This document shows, piece by piece, positions 1 to 9,647 of a DNA stretch of 64,000 nt. The notes below the pieces were generated by a model. The model made no database searches. It was not told where the DNA came from and worked only from the letters and a program-made list of their open reading frames with translations. The position numbers and the translations under genes were made by a program. This stretch comes from Nitrospirota bacterium. GTDB taxonomy: Bacteria > JACPQY01. Every line of letters begins with the position of its first letter. Position 1 is the stretch's first letter. Where the stretch lies: assembly GCA_016180645.1 (NCBI GenBank), contig JACPAV010000002.1, positions 238,628 through 302,627 of the forward strand, in the 5' to 3' direction.

Positions 1-98
1 CATGCCGACTCGAAGGGTGACCCGGCCGGCCGGCTCCTGCGCAAGCGAGATGGATGGCAGAAGGACCAAGGTCGCGACCGATAGAAGTTCGGAGAACT

Positions 99-1400
99 TC
101 ATGCCGCCAGCCTCGACCAGAACCAGAACAAGCCCCAGGCGAGGACGACCGACGCACAGGCGTACCCGACATGTCGACGCATCGGCTCAATCTTCGAGGC
201 GGCTTTGTAGATGAGAACAAGCGCAAGAAGGACCCCGATCTGCCCCAATTCCACACCCACGTTGAATCCCAACAGGGCGGGAAGGATGTCCCCTCCTTCA
301 AGGCGGGCGGAGAGAAGGGCGCCGGCGAATCCAAAACCGTGGATCAGGCCGAACATGAAGACCACAAGCCATTGAGCCGCACTCCTCCCGCCATCGCGGG
401 CATCCCGCCCGCCTAATAGGTCAGGAGTACGGCCGGCTTCGTGCCGGGCCGTACCGTGCGAGGCGCTGTGCGGGGCGAGCGCAAAATAGCTCAGCGCGAA
501 CAAGATCATGCCCACCCAGGCGACGGCGGGAAGAGGCGATCCCCCAAAGATGGAAACCAACGCGCCCGTGGCTACGATGCCAGTTGCGGTCAGTGCGATC
601 GCCCGGAATCCCATCCCCGCGAAGCTCTCCAAGGCCACGATGGCGATCGAAAATCCGATCAAGGATTCGACGCCGGTCCCTTCCGTCCGAACCCAACCCA
701 GCGTGGCTGCAGCCAGGGAGAGACTGTGGGCCGCTGTGAATCCGGTCACCAGCCCGGCCAGTCTTCCCCATGTCAGACCCAACAGAACCAGTCCCGCGAG
801 AAACAGCAGATGATCGTAGCCGGTGAGTATGTGCTCCAGACCCACCCGCAGGAATCCCATGAATCCGGCTCGGCCGCGCGATGCTGGGGGTCCTCCACGT
901 GGCATCCACGTCCGGTCCGCTGCGACCATTATCTTTTCCATGGGTCCTGGGACTCCTGCCGAACCTTCAAATCTCGCCACGTGCACGTGGCTGGGTGCGG
1001 CATCGAAAAACAGATCCGTGATCAACTCCAGCGTTCCTGTTTTCTCGCACACAACCTTCCAGGATCCCACCAAGGTTCCTTCATCGGTCACGGCCCGGAG
1101 GGTGGAGGTGGATGAAGCACAGTTTTTGGAACCATGGACGGCACTCAGGTGGTCTCGCAAGTAGTGGTCCACTCTCCCTGCCACATCGGGGGTCGACTGC
1201 ACATCAGATAACCGGGTACCGGCCAGGCCCGGCATCGCCCGCTCGAACTCGATCCAGGGCGCCTTGACGGTGACATCGAGTGCGTCACCCTTCTCGCGCC
1301 AAGTCGAATAGGACAGCGTCCGTGTATGAGCGGAAGCGGAGGACGTCCAGATTGTCGCCGCGGCGAGACTGCATCCCAGCAGGCGCATCCTGAGAATCAT
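99..1400 (-). CDS. HupE/UreJ family membrane protein with N-terminal extracytoplasmic domain
   Basis: Signal peptide ending ASAH; motifs GLEHILTGYDHLLF, FTAAHSLSL, FGLIHGFGFA, GFNVGVELGQ; start overlaps upstream stop. Confidence 0.85.
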   Translation of the reverse strand: MILRMRLLGCSLAAATIWTSSASAHTRTLSYSTWREKGDALDVTVKAPWIEFERAMPGLAGTRLSDVQSTPDVAGRVDHYLRDHLSAVHGSKNCASSTSTLRAVTDEGTLVGSWKVVCEKTGTLELITDLFFDAAPSHVHVARFEGSAGVPGPMEKIMVAADRTWMPRGGPPASRGRAGFMGFLRVGLEHILTGYDHLLFLAGLVLLGLTWGRLAGLVTGFTAAHSLSLAAATLGWVRTEGTGVESLIGFSIAIVALESFAGMGFRAIALTATGIVATGALVSIFGGSPLPAVAWVGMILFALSYFALAPHSASHGTARHEAGRTPDLLGGRDARDGGRSAAQWLVVFMFGLIHGFGFAGALLSARLEGGDILPALLGFNVGVELGQIGVLLALVLIYKAASKIEPMRRHVGYACASVVLAWGLFWFWSRLAA

Positions 1401-2287
1401 TCACTCTCCAAGTGGATCTTGATGTCGGCCTGCGCGCGGAGATTCTTGATATAGGACTGCACCTGTTTCGCCTTCCTCTCCTCCTGGAAGGCCCGCCGTA
1501 CCCCATCTCGGACTTCTTCGAAGGCGGGCACGGACAAAGGCTCCTTCGAGACCACCTTGAGCAGATGGTAGCCTCCCACCGCCCGAACGGGACCGCCGAT
1601 CTTCCCTGCTTCCGTTTCCATCGCCGTCCGCGCCGCCGTGGGGCCCAGGTATTCTCGCAGTTTCTCCGCCGTGAGGAAGCCCTCCGGCAGTCTCACAAGG
1701 GGATCATCGCCCCAGACGCGTCGAACTTCGCTCCACGACTTTCCATTCCGCCACGCCTCGGCGGTAGCCTCCGCCCGCTCCTGCGCGCCCCCATCTTCAC
1801 CGTTGCCGGCGCGGATGAAGATGTGCTCCACACGAAGCCGACCGTCCCGCGCGAAAAGTTGTCGCCTCTTTTCGAAAAAAGATTTCAGTTCCGATTCATC
1901 GGGAGGATTCGTCTCCTCGCCGCTCCCTATGCTGTCGATCATGGAGCGGACCAGGAGGCGGCGAGCCACCGGATCTTTCTGTGCCATGCCCATCTCCACC
2001 GCCCTCTGAAGAAGAAGTTCCTCACTGATCCACTGGTCAAGGATTTCCCGTTGGCGTTCCCGCGTCAGTCGGATGTTCGAATCCTTCTCCGTGATGGATC
2101 CCAGCATTCGATCAAACTCCACCTTCGAGATGGACCGCCCGTTCACTTCAGCTACTGAATCGCCGGATGCGTTCGATCCGCGGACGGCCGAAAAAGATTT
2201 AGGCCGGAGGATCGACCCCAGCGTCAGTGCCAATCCTCCCAGGATTCCCACCCAAAGCCAGAACGACGGCCGATTCACTCCACTCAT
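1397..2287 (-). CDS. PpiC/parvulin-type peptidyl-prolyl isomerase with SurA-like N-domain
   Basis: N-terminal TM anchor, VAEVNGRSI, RVEHIFI, GPVRAVGGYHLLKV; ATG at 2287 overlaps upstream stop (ATGA). Confidence 0.8.
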   Translation of the reverse strand: MSGVNRPSFWLWVGILGGLALTLGSILRPKSFSAVRGSNASGDSVAEVNGRSISKVEFDRMLGSITEKDSNIRLTRERQREILDQWISEELLLQRAVEMGMAQKDPVARRLLVRSMIDSIGSGEETNPPDESELKSFFEKRRQLFARDGRLRVEHIFIRAGNGEDGGAQERAEATAEAWRNGKSWSEVRRVWGDDPLVRLPEGFLTAEKLREYLGPTAARTAMETEAGKIGGPVRAVGGYHLLKVVSKEPLSVPAFEEVRDGVRRAFQEERKAKQVQSYIKNLRAQADIKIHLESE

Positions 2288-4425
2288 TCCCCCCACTCCA
2301 CGTAGATCGGGGAGGACCACGCGCGCTCTTCACCTGAATCGGCGCAGGAATCTCCCTTACCTCGGTACCCGGCGAAACACGGCTTGATGGACATACATTC
2401 GCCCTCGCGATTCAGTGTGCACCTCAAGCCCGCGGCGTTGATTTGAGGCGTCGGTTCCTGAATGGCGCGAACGTAGTAGGCCGTGAGGCGTTTCGCCCCA
2501 GAGAACTCCAAGTCCTCGAACGTGGCGGAGCACCCTTCAGGGTTGTCAGGGCACTCCAATACCTTCCAGGGATCCTCGATCAGTTTTCCTAAAGATTCAT
2601 CCTCCCGGATCTGGGGCCGGATTCGCACCACTTCGATACGGGTGATTCGATAACGCTCGTCCGTCGGGTTGTAGCATTCGCCGAAACACCGGCGTTCCAC
2701 GAATCCCGGCCGCGCCTTCCTGACGGATTCCGCAGGGCAGCCCGGGTTCTGTTTGAAGGCGCCAATCGCCTTCACCTCGAAGTGTGGGACCTCGCTCAGC
2801 CGGACCTCGGAACCCATGGGAAACCGTTCAGCCCCTTGGTCGCCCACCAAGTCGAACCAAAGCAGGAGTCGGTCGCCGGAGGTCCCATATGTCTCCCGCC
2901 TTTTCAACGCATTCCAGATCGCCCGGCGGCTCCTTCCCTCCGAATGCACGGCAGCCAGTGCTCCGGTGAACCAATAGCTGCCCTGGCGCTCCCACTCCGG
3001 CCAGATGGAACTCCATAGCGGCGTTGCGAGGGCATCAAAATCCGGACTCGTGGCGCCGTTCAGTTCGGAAAACCTTTTGTCTTCTCTAAAACCGGACCCG
3101 GGCGAGCTGCGATGCTCGTCTGTCGAACCGATGAAGCCCCAGCGATAACGAAGGGATTCGCCGGTCTGAGCCCGCTTCGTCCGCGCGAGGGCGGCCTGAA
3201 CGCTTTGAGTAGGCACGTACTTGAATGCAGGCTGGAAGCAGTCACGGCACTGGCCGCAATCCAGCCACGCCTCAACGGGAACGTCCGGAAAGGCCAATGC
3301 TCCGCGGAGGCCGCTGTCCATATGGTCCTGTTGCGCCTGGCGCACGGCTTGCAGGCACTCGTTTCCCTCGGGTGCGGATGTGCACTCGGGAGTTCGTTCC
3401 CGAATGATCTCACCCGCCCGCCGGCAGCAGGGCAGGTAGTTCGCCGTCGGCTCCGGGCAGACTTTCTTTCCATCGACCCATCGATAGGCCGACCAAGACC
3501 GGTATTCTTCCGAATTGCCGTGCCCGGAGAAGATTTCGACGAGCCTTTGGCGTTCGGGGTCGTCGTTCCGAACGTCGAGCTGGTTATCCCAATCGGAGAG
3601 AGGAGGATGCGGCATTCCCCAGGTGGTTCCGTGGGGGATCACCAGGCTTTCGAAACCCCATTGGGTGAGTTTCTCGAAAAGCACCGCCGGCGTCGCCGCG
3701 TACTCGCGGCAGTCGGCCGGCAATCCGCGCGTGTCCACTCCTTCCGGGCAAGTCTGCACGAACAGCGTGTGACGGAGGAATTTCCCAAGCGACTCGTATT
3801 CCTGTGCGTTTGCGGGATCGATCGACGAGGCCGCGCGCACGAGGATATCCAGCTCGGGACCTTGCAACCTCGTGATCACGCTGCCCATCGGCCCCACACT
3901 CGACGCGGCGATCGGGCGCGCCGGCACCCTGTCTTCCTCCGTGTCCAGCAGGATGACGTTCTTGTGCCCGTAGCCCGTTTCAGGCTCATTGGACATCTGG
4001 GTCCATTCCCACCCCAGAAAACTCACCATGTCCGGGTCTTTCCCGTACCCGCCGGTCGACGCATTGCAGGCTCGGATAGCTTCCTTGGTGTCCGCCCATG
4101 CCTCCGGCGAGACGAACTCAGCGTGATCATTGATGCTCCAGAAATCGAGCTGCGAGCAGAAGCGGGCGAAATCGCAAGCCTCCGACGGCGGACTCACACC
4201 GTTCCCGCTCATCGCATCGAGAGAAAGGAAGTAGGCGTCCATGGAATAGGTCGTATGCGCGTGGAGGTCGCCGAAAAGAACTTGTTTGCCGTCCGGTCCG
4301 GTCGGCGATGGGGGTCGAAGGGTACTGTTTCCATTGCATCCCGCCGCGAAGACGAGGGTGAGCGCCGAAAGCCACACACCCACCCGACTTCGTCGTTCCG
4401 CCTTGTCGGATGCCCCTCTCGCCAC
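2284..4425 (-). CDS. DUF3604-like PHP-fold metallohydrolase lipoprotein (copy 1); start approximate
   Basis: Lipobox FAAGC; FGDLHAHTTYSMDA, NDHAE, GHKN, IPHG, STDEH, ETYGTSGDR, YYVRAIQEPT, ERAWSSPIY. Confidence 0.8.
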   Translation of the reverse strand: MARGASDKAERRSRVGVWLSALTLVFAAGCNGNSTLRPPSPTGPDGKQVLFGDLHAHTTYSMDAYFLSLDAMSGNGVSPPSEACDFARFCSQLDFWSINDHAEFVSPEAWADTKEAIRACNASTGGYGKDPDMVSFLGWEWTQMSNEPETGYGHKNVILLDTEEDRVPARPIAASSVGPMGSVITRLQGPELDILVRAASSIDPANAQEYESLGKFLRHTLFVQTCPEGVDTRGLPADCREYAATPAVLFEKLTQWGFESLVIPHGTTWGMPHPPLSDWDNQLDVRNDDPERQRLVEIFSGHGNSEEYRSWSAYRWVDGKKVCPEPTANYLPCCRRAGEIIRERTPECTSAPEGNECLQAVRQAQQDHMDSGLRGALAFPDVPVEAWLDCGQCRDCFQPAFKYVPTQSVQAALARTKRAQTGESLRYRWGFIGSTDEHRSSPGSGFREDKRFSELNGATSPDFDALATPLWSSIWPEWERQGSYWFTGALAAVHSEGRSRRAIWNALKRRETYGTSGDRLLLWFDLVGDQGAERFPMGSEVRLSEVPHFEVKAIGAFKQNPGCPAESVRKARPGFVERRCFGECYNPTDERYRITRIEVVRIRPQIREDESLGKLIEDPWKVLECPDNPEGCSATFEDLEFSGAKRLTAYYVRAIQEPTPQINAAGLRCTLNREGECMSIKPCFAGYRGKGDSCADSGEERAWSSPIYVEWGE

Positions 4426-4500
4426 CGTGGGGGAGCATTCCACGTGGACCGACGCGAGGCCCGGTTTGACTCGTTCAGGGCCGGGTGTTAGTAGCCGATC

Positions 4501-4995
4501 ATGATTCGTGCGACGACCAAGGTATTGGTCAAAGGAAAATCGCCGCGTCAGATCGAGCAGTTCATGTTCGATCTGGATAATGAGGGGTGGCGCGGAATGT
4601 ACCGCGATCATCTGGAATGCCGGAGATTGGGAGACACGCGCGAGGGACTGGGAAGACTCTTCTTTCTGGATCAGTATGCGGACGGACTCCGATTTCGAGG
4701 ACGGTTCGAGTTGATCCGAGTCAGCGAGAACTGTTTTTCCCTGAAGGCCCGCTCTCTCTACCCTGTCGGCCGCCTGGCCTGGCTCTACCCTGTCGGTACC
4801 CTGATGACGCTGAAGGCCGCCGGGAACGATACCGAACTCACCCATGAGGTTCTGGTCGGTTACTCGGCGCCTCTTCCTGCGGCCGTGCTCGATTGGGTCG
4901 TTCGGAAGACCGTTCTCACTCCCGACAGGATCCGGCGATTCGACCAGCACATCATCGACGAATTCACGAGCTTGGAACGGCTCATCGCCACCTGA
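4501..4995 (+). CDS. Hypothetical protein, possibly SRPBCC/START-like ligand-binding fold
   Basis: 164 aa ORF with natural composition filling the gap between the two DUF3604 genes; beta-rich middle and C-terminal helix. Confidence 0.55.
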   Translation: MIRATTKVLVKGKSPRQIEQFMFDLDNEGWRGMYRDHLECRRLGDTREGLGRLFFLDQYADGLRFRGRFELIRVSENCFSLKARSLYPVGRLAWLYPVGTLMTLKAAGNDTELTHEVLVGYSAPLPAAVLDWVVRKTVLTPDRIRRFDQHIIDEFTSLERLIAT

Positions 4996-5040
4996 TCTTT
5001 CCGAGGTAGGCGCGACGCGCCCGAAGTTTTTCAATTCCCG

Positions 5041-7143
5041 TCACCGCTCCAGGAAGATCGGAGAAGACCACGCCCGCTCTTCATCCGACGCCATGCAATC
5101 GTCGGACTTGCCCCGGTAGTCCGGGTAGCAGGGTTTGGTGGAAACACAATTTCCCTTGTCATCCCACGAACAACGGATTTCCGCGGCATTGAATTGCAGC
5201 GTGGGCTCCTGAATCGCCCTTACATAGTAGAGGGCCGGGCGGCCGGTGGCCGGGTAGTCCGGATCTTCAAAAGTCAGCGTACACCCCTCGGGATTCACCG
5301 CGCAGGGGATCACCTTCCAGGGATCGTCGATAAGTTCGCTCATCGGTTCGTCCTTCCGCGCTTGAGGACGAATTCTCACGACCTCGATTCTCGTGATCAG
5401 ATGCCGCTGGTCCGTGGGGTTGTAACACTCACCGAAACACTTGTTTTCGATGAAACCCGCGGGCGCCTTCCTGATCGTTTCATCCGGACACCCCGGCGCC
5501 TGCTTGAACGCACCGAGCGCGGTCGCCTCAAACACCGGGGCATCGGTAAACCGAATCTCCGAGCCCATGGGAAGCTTCTTTCCTCCAGGCCCGTTCACAA
5601 GATAGAACCAGAGCAGCATCCGGTCGCCGGAGGTCCCGTAGACCTCGCGCCTCTTGAGCGCATCCCAGATCGCGCGACGGCTCCGGCCCTCCGAATGGAC
5701 GGCGGCCAGAGCGCCCGTGTACCAGTAGCTCCCCTGTCGCTCCCACTCGCCAACTCCAAGATCAAGGAGCGGTCGGAGCAAACCCTCATACCTTTCCTCC
5801 GCCGGACCATTGATGTCTGAGAATCGTTTCATTTCCCGGTAGCCACTCCCCGGAGCGGCGCGATGTTCGTCCGTTGATCCGATAATGCCGAACTTGAAAC
5901 GCACCGGGTTGGCGGGGTCCGACGGGTCGGAACCGGCGAGCACCGCTTGCACCGCGGCCTTGGGGGTGTAGTTGAAATCCGGCTGGAAACAATCCCTGCA
6001 CTGGCCGCAATCCAACCATTCCTCCGCCTTGACGTCAGGAAAAGCGCGATGCCCACGTGTACCCGCCTTGATGTAGTCCTGTCGCGCACCCTCCACCCAT
6101 CTTGAACACTCCTCCCCGGTCGGTTCAACCTCACACACCGAGGTGGTTTTCCGCATGATTTCACCCGCCTGCCAGCAGCAAGGGAAGTAGTCCTTCGTCG
6201 GCTCGGGACAGACCGTTTTTCCATCCACGACTTTGTACGGCTCCCATGACCGGTACTCCTCCGAATTGCCGTGTCCGGAGTAGATCTCGATCAACCGCTG
6301 TCGTTCCGGATCATGCTGCATCCGACTCGTCTGGATACTCCAGTTCGCAAGCGGCGGGTGGTGGAGCCCCCACGAAGTTCCATGCGGAATGACCTGGCTT
6401 TCGAATCCCCACTGGGTGAGCTTTTCGAAGAGCGTGGCGGGGTCGGCGGCGAATTCCCGGCAATCCGGTGGAAGGGACCGCACGTCGACGCCATCGGGAC
6501 AAGCTTGGACACCGGCCGTTTCGGAAAGGAACTCGCCCATGGCGACATAGTCGCTTACATGATCCGGGTCGATGGACCGGCCCAGTTGGGTGAGCAGACT
6601 TGCGGCGGGGCCCTGGACGAGCGACGCGATGGATGAGAGCGCACCCAGCCCGGAGGCCGGAATGGGGCGGGTCGGCGTCTTCTCATCCGCCGTATCAAGG
6701 AGCACAACGTTCTTGTGTCCATAATCTTCTTCCGGCGTATTGCCTATTTGGGACCACTCCCACCCCAGATAGCTCACCATGTCCGGGTCCGACCCATTCC
6801 CGCCTGTGGAGTCGTTGCACGCCCGGATGGCCTGCTTCGTGTCCTTCCATTGCGCAGGGGTGACGAATTCGGCGTGGTCGTTGATGCTCCAGAAATCCAG
6901 TTGAGAGCAGAATCGCGCGAAATTGCACGCTTGCGTCGGAGGACTCACCCCCCCACCGCCGACCGCAGGCAGGGACCAGAGGAATGCGTCCAGAGAAAAA
7001 GTTGTATGCGCATGAAGATCGCCGAACAAGATTTGTTTTCCTTCCGGGCCGGTGGGGCCCTTCCGCGCCGATCCCGTCTTTTCCTCGCACGCCCAGAGGA
7101 AAACAACCGCCACCGACAACACAACTCCGATCCTAATCCGCAT
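5041..7143 (-). CDS. DUF3604-like PHP-fold metallohydrolase lipoprotein (copy 2)
   Basis: Signal MRIRIGVVLSVAVVFLWAC; same motif series as copy 1 (CxFARFCSQLDFWSINDHAE, ERAWSSPIF). Confidence 0.85.
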   Translation of the reverse strand: MRIRIGVVLSVAVVFLWACEEKTGSARKGPTGPEGKQILFGDLHAHTTFSLDAFLWSLPAVGGGGVSPPTQACNFARFCSQLDFWSINDHAEFVTPAQWKDTKQAIRACNDSTGGNGSDPDMVSYLGWEWSQIGNTPEEDYGHKNVVLLDTADEKTPTRPIPASGLGALSSIASLVQGPAASLLTQLGRSIDPDHVSDYVAMGEFLSETAGVQACPDGVDVRSLPPDCREFAADPATLFEKLTQWGFESQVIPHGTSWGLHHPPLANWSIQTSRMQHDPERQRLIEIYSGHGNSEEYRSWEPYKVVDGKTVCPEPTKDYFPCCWQAGEIMRKTTSVCEVEPTGEECSRWVEGARQDYIKAGTRGHRAFPDVKAEEWLDCGQCRDCFQPDFNYTPKAAVQAVLAGSDPSDPANPVRFKFGIIGSTDEHRAAPGSGYREMKRFSDINGPAEERYEGLLRPLLDLGVGEWERQGSYWYTGALAAVHSEGRSRRAIWDALKRREVYGTSGDRMLLWFYLVNGPGGKKLPMGSEIRFTDAPVFEATALGAFKQAPGCPDETIRKAPAGFIENKCFGECYNPTDQRHLITRIEVVRIRPQARKDEPMSELIDDPWKVIPCAVNPEGCTLTFEDPDYPATGRPALYYVRAIQEPTLQFNAAEIRCSWDDKGNCVSTKPCYPDYRGKSDDCMASDEERAWSSPIFLER

Positions 7144-7255
7144 GGTTCGCCGTTCCACGTTCACGATTCCGGCGCGCTTTCGCCGGTTCGGCCAGGGTTT
7201 CCTCGGGCCTCCGATGAATGGGCTGCTTCTCGCGGTGTGGCACCGGAATGTCTCG

Positions 7256-8101
7256 TTACTTCGCCTGAGCCTGCTCGGATCGTGATCGCACGATTTGACC
7301 GAGGCGGCTGTTCGCGGCCACGGCCCGCTGGGGAAAGAGTGCCCGCACCCACATGGCAAATCGCACCCAGGGATGCGGGAGGAGAAGGAACCGGTTCTTG
7401 CGAATGGCCTTCACGATCTTCGCCGCCACCGCCTCCGGTGGAATCCCACGGTCCAGCACCTGTTTTCCAATCTGTTTCATTGTGGCCTGCTCCGGTGCCG
7501 AGCCGGCATACCGGGCGGCTTTGAAAATCGGCGTGTTTACGAATGCGGGACAGACCACCGTCACCCCAACTCCCGTCCCGTGGAGGTCCGCCGCAAGGGT
7601 TTCGGCCAGACCGACGACGGCAAACTTGGTTACGTTGTACGCGATAAGCATGCTCGGCGCGAGAAGGCCCGCCGCCGAAGCAAGGTGGACCAAGTGTCCG
7701 CTCTTTCTTTCGAGCATGTGGGGCAGCAGGGACCGCACGGTGTAGATATGGGCCCAGACGTTGATGTTCATGATCCATCGCCAGTCTTCAAGCGGGAGAT
7801 CCTCAATCCGTCCGTTGACGGCCACACCCGCGTTGTTGACCAGCACGTCCACCTTCCCGAAATGTTTCAAAGCGGCCTGGCACATCCCCTCGGCCTGCTC
7901 CTGAACCGACACGTCGGCCACGAGCGCCAAGGTCCGGCGACCCATGGCCTGGATCTCCTTCTCGACGGACTCCAGGGACTCCCGGCGGATGTCGTTCAAT
8001 ACGAGGTGGCAACCGGCGCGAGCCAACTCCAAAGCGGTGGCGCGTCCGATCCCGCTCCCGGCGCCCGTGACCAACGCAATGCTGTCTGTAAGATTATTCA
8101 T
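7256..8101 (-). CDS. Short-chain dehydrogenase/reductase
   Basis: TGAGSGIG, NNAG, YNVTK (YxxxK). Confidence 0.95.
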   Translation of the reverse strand: MNNLTDSIALVTGAGSGIGRATALELARAGCHLVLNDIRRESLESVEKEIQAMGRRTLALVADVSVQEQAEGMCQAALKHFGKVDVLVNNAGVAVNGRIEDLPLEDWRWIMNINVWAHIYTVRSLLPHMLERKSGHLVHLASAAGLLAPSMLIAYNVTKFAVVGLAETLAADLHGTGVGVTVVCPAFVNTPIFKAARYAGSAPEQATMKQIGKQVLDRGIPPEAVAAKIVKAIRKNRFLLLPHPWVRFAMWVRALFPQRAVAANSRLGQIVRSRSEQAQAK

Positions 8102-9168
8102 GAAAAGTGCGGCATGACCTTCTCCGCGAATGTCTTAAGCGATTCCGCGATCAGTTCATGAGGCACGGTCCCCATCTGCATCACCATGATCAATTCGTCC
8201 ACCCCTGCTTTCTGGAATCGGGCGATCGTCTCCCGCGCCGCCGCCGGATCGCCGACGATCGCCGCAACGGTCGATCCCTCCGCATTTCGGAACTTCATCG
8301 CCTCCTCCAATTCCTCCGGCGGGAGGAAATCGCGCGCCACCTCCAGGTAGCCGAGAGGCCGGGTACCGGCAAAATAGTAGCGGGCCATGCTCTCCGCGAA
8401 GAAGCGGGCGCCGCGGAACCCGTACTCGCAGGCCTTCCTGTCGTCATCCAACACAAGCGTCGGCGGCGTGGACGCGAAGTGGTTGTTCTTCATGTAGCCG
8501 TTGGTCTTGGCCGAGGCGACCGCTTTCTTGTAGTTGCGGACTTTGTCCACCAGGGATTCGTCGTTCCCGACCGCGAAATTCAGCGCCCCTATCCCGAGAG
8601 CGCCCACGGCCTCGGCGGAATCCGGCTTGGAGCACGCGGCAAACATCGGGGGATGCGGTTTCTGAACCGGTTTCGGAATCACCTGCGTGCGCGGGACGTT
8701 GAAGTGGCGACCCTTCCACTCGAAGACGTCGCTCTGCCACATCTTCGGGATCATTTCGATGGCCTCGAGCCACTGATCGTGCAGTTTCGGAATGTCATTC
8801 TCAAAGGCCATCTGTTCCACGAGGCTGGAACTCTTGCCGGAACCCCAGTTCACCCGGCCGCCGGATAGGATGTCCAGGGTCGCGATTCGCTCCGCGATTC
8901 GAATCGGGTGGTTGTAACGGAAAGGCGTGAGCGTCACCCCGTGTCCCAATCGGATCCGTTTGGTCCGTGCGGCCACGAAAGAGAGAAAAATCTCCGGAGC
9001 CGAAGAGTGGGAGTATTCGAGGAGGCCGTGGTGCTCGACCTCCCAGACACAGTGGTAGCCAAGTTCATCGGCCAGCACGGCCTGGTCCACACATCTCAGA
9101 AACGTTTCGCGCTCCGACTCGCGCGTCGGTTTCGACATCTGCATCTCAAAGAAAATAGAGAATTTCAT
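8098..9168 (-). CDS. LLM-class (luciferase-like) flavin-dependent oxidoreductase
   Basis: MKFSIFFE, WEVEHH, HPIRIAERIATLDILSGGR, PKPVQKPHPP. Confidence 0.92.
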   Translation of the reverse strand: MKFSIFFEMQMSKPTRESERETFLRCVDQAVLADELGYHCVWEVEHHGLLEYSHSSAPEIFLSFVAARTKRIRLGHGVTLTPFRYNHPIRIAERIATLDILSGGRVNWGSGKSSSLVEQMAFENDIPKLHDQWLEAIEMIPKMWQSDVFEWKGRHFNVPRTQVIPKPVQKPHPPMFAACSKPDSAEAVGALGIGALNFAVGNDESLVDKVRNYKKAVASAKTNGYMKNNHFASTPPTLVLDDDRKACEYGFRGARFFAESMARYYFAGTRPLGYLEVARDFLPPEELEEAMKFRNAEGSTVAAIVGDPAAARETIARFQKAGVDELIMVMQMGTVPHELIAESLKTFAEKVMPHFS

Positions 9169-9170
9169 TC

Positions 9171-9647
9171 TTAACCTCCCGATGGAAATGTGTGTCCCGT
9201 CCCCGATTTCCGCAGAACCCGGTCCGTCCACCAACGCGCAAGAACACCCGCCAACCCTTTCGTCTTTCGCAGGGTATCCACCTGGGTCACGATCCCCCCC
9301 ACCATCATGCCGGCGTGACCTTCGCCCTTGACGCGCACACGTCCCGTGAGGCCCGCGGTGTACGGGGAGGTCTTCCCCGCCAGCATCTTGAAAAAGTCTT
9401 CGACCGAGAGGGTGACGGTAGCTCGGGCGTTGGCCTCCGCCCCGGGAAAGAAGCGTACGTAGTTCTTGGCCACCACACAGTGCCACGTGCTTCCGCCCGC
9501 GCCCGTGAATTCCATGTTGATGGATCCCGTGAAGCCCGTCAGGTCCACCTTCTCGCCCCCGCCTCGAACTTTCCCACCGGAAAGACGTGTCAGGAGGACC
9601 AGAGTCCCGAAGAAGGCCCTGAGCCCGGGATTCGCTGAGTTGTTCAC
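9171..9647 (-). CDS. SCP2 sterol/lipid-binding domain protein
   Basis: TGAGGSTWH...ARATVTLSVEDFFKMLAGKTSP...GRVRVKG pattern. Confidence 0.8.
   Translation of the reverse strand: MNNSANPGLRAFFGTLVLLTRLSGGKVRGGGEKVDLTGFTGSINMEFTGAGGSTWHCVVAKNYVRFFPGAEANARATVTLSVEDFFKMLAGKTSPYTAGLTGRVRVKGEGHAGMMVGGIVTQVDTLRKTKGLAGVLARWWTDRVLRKSGTGHTFPSGG

Noticed and set aside
4426-5034. 916-aa version of DUF3604 copy 1
   Set aside because: The extension is the antisense of the 4501-4995 gene; the lipoprotein signal and the paralog place the start near 4425
2284-7143. c-type heme or radical SAM motifs in the DUF3604 proteins
   Set aside because: CGQCRDC is neither CxxCH nor CxxxCxxC; exported cysteines are more likely disulfides
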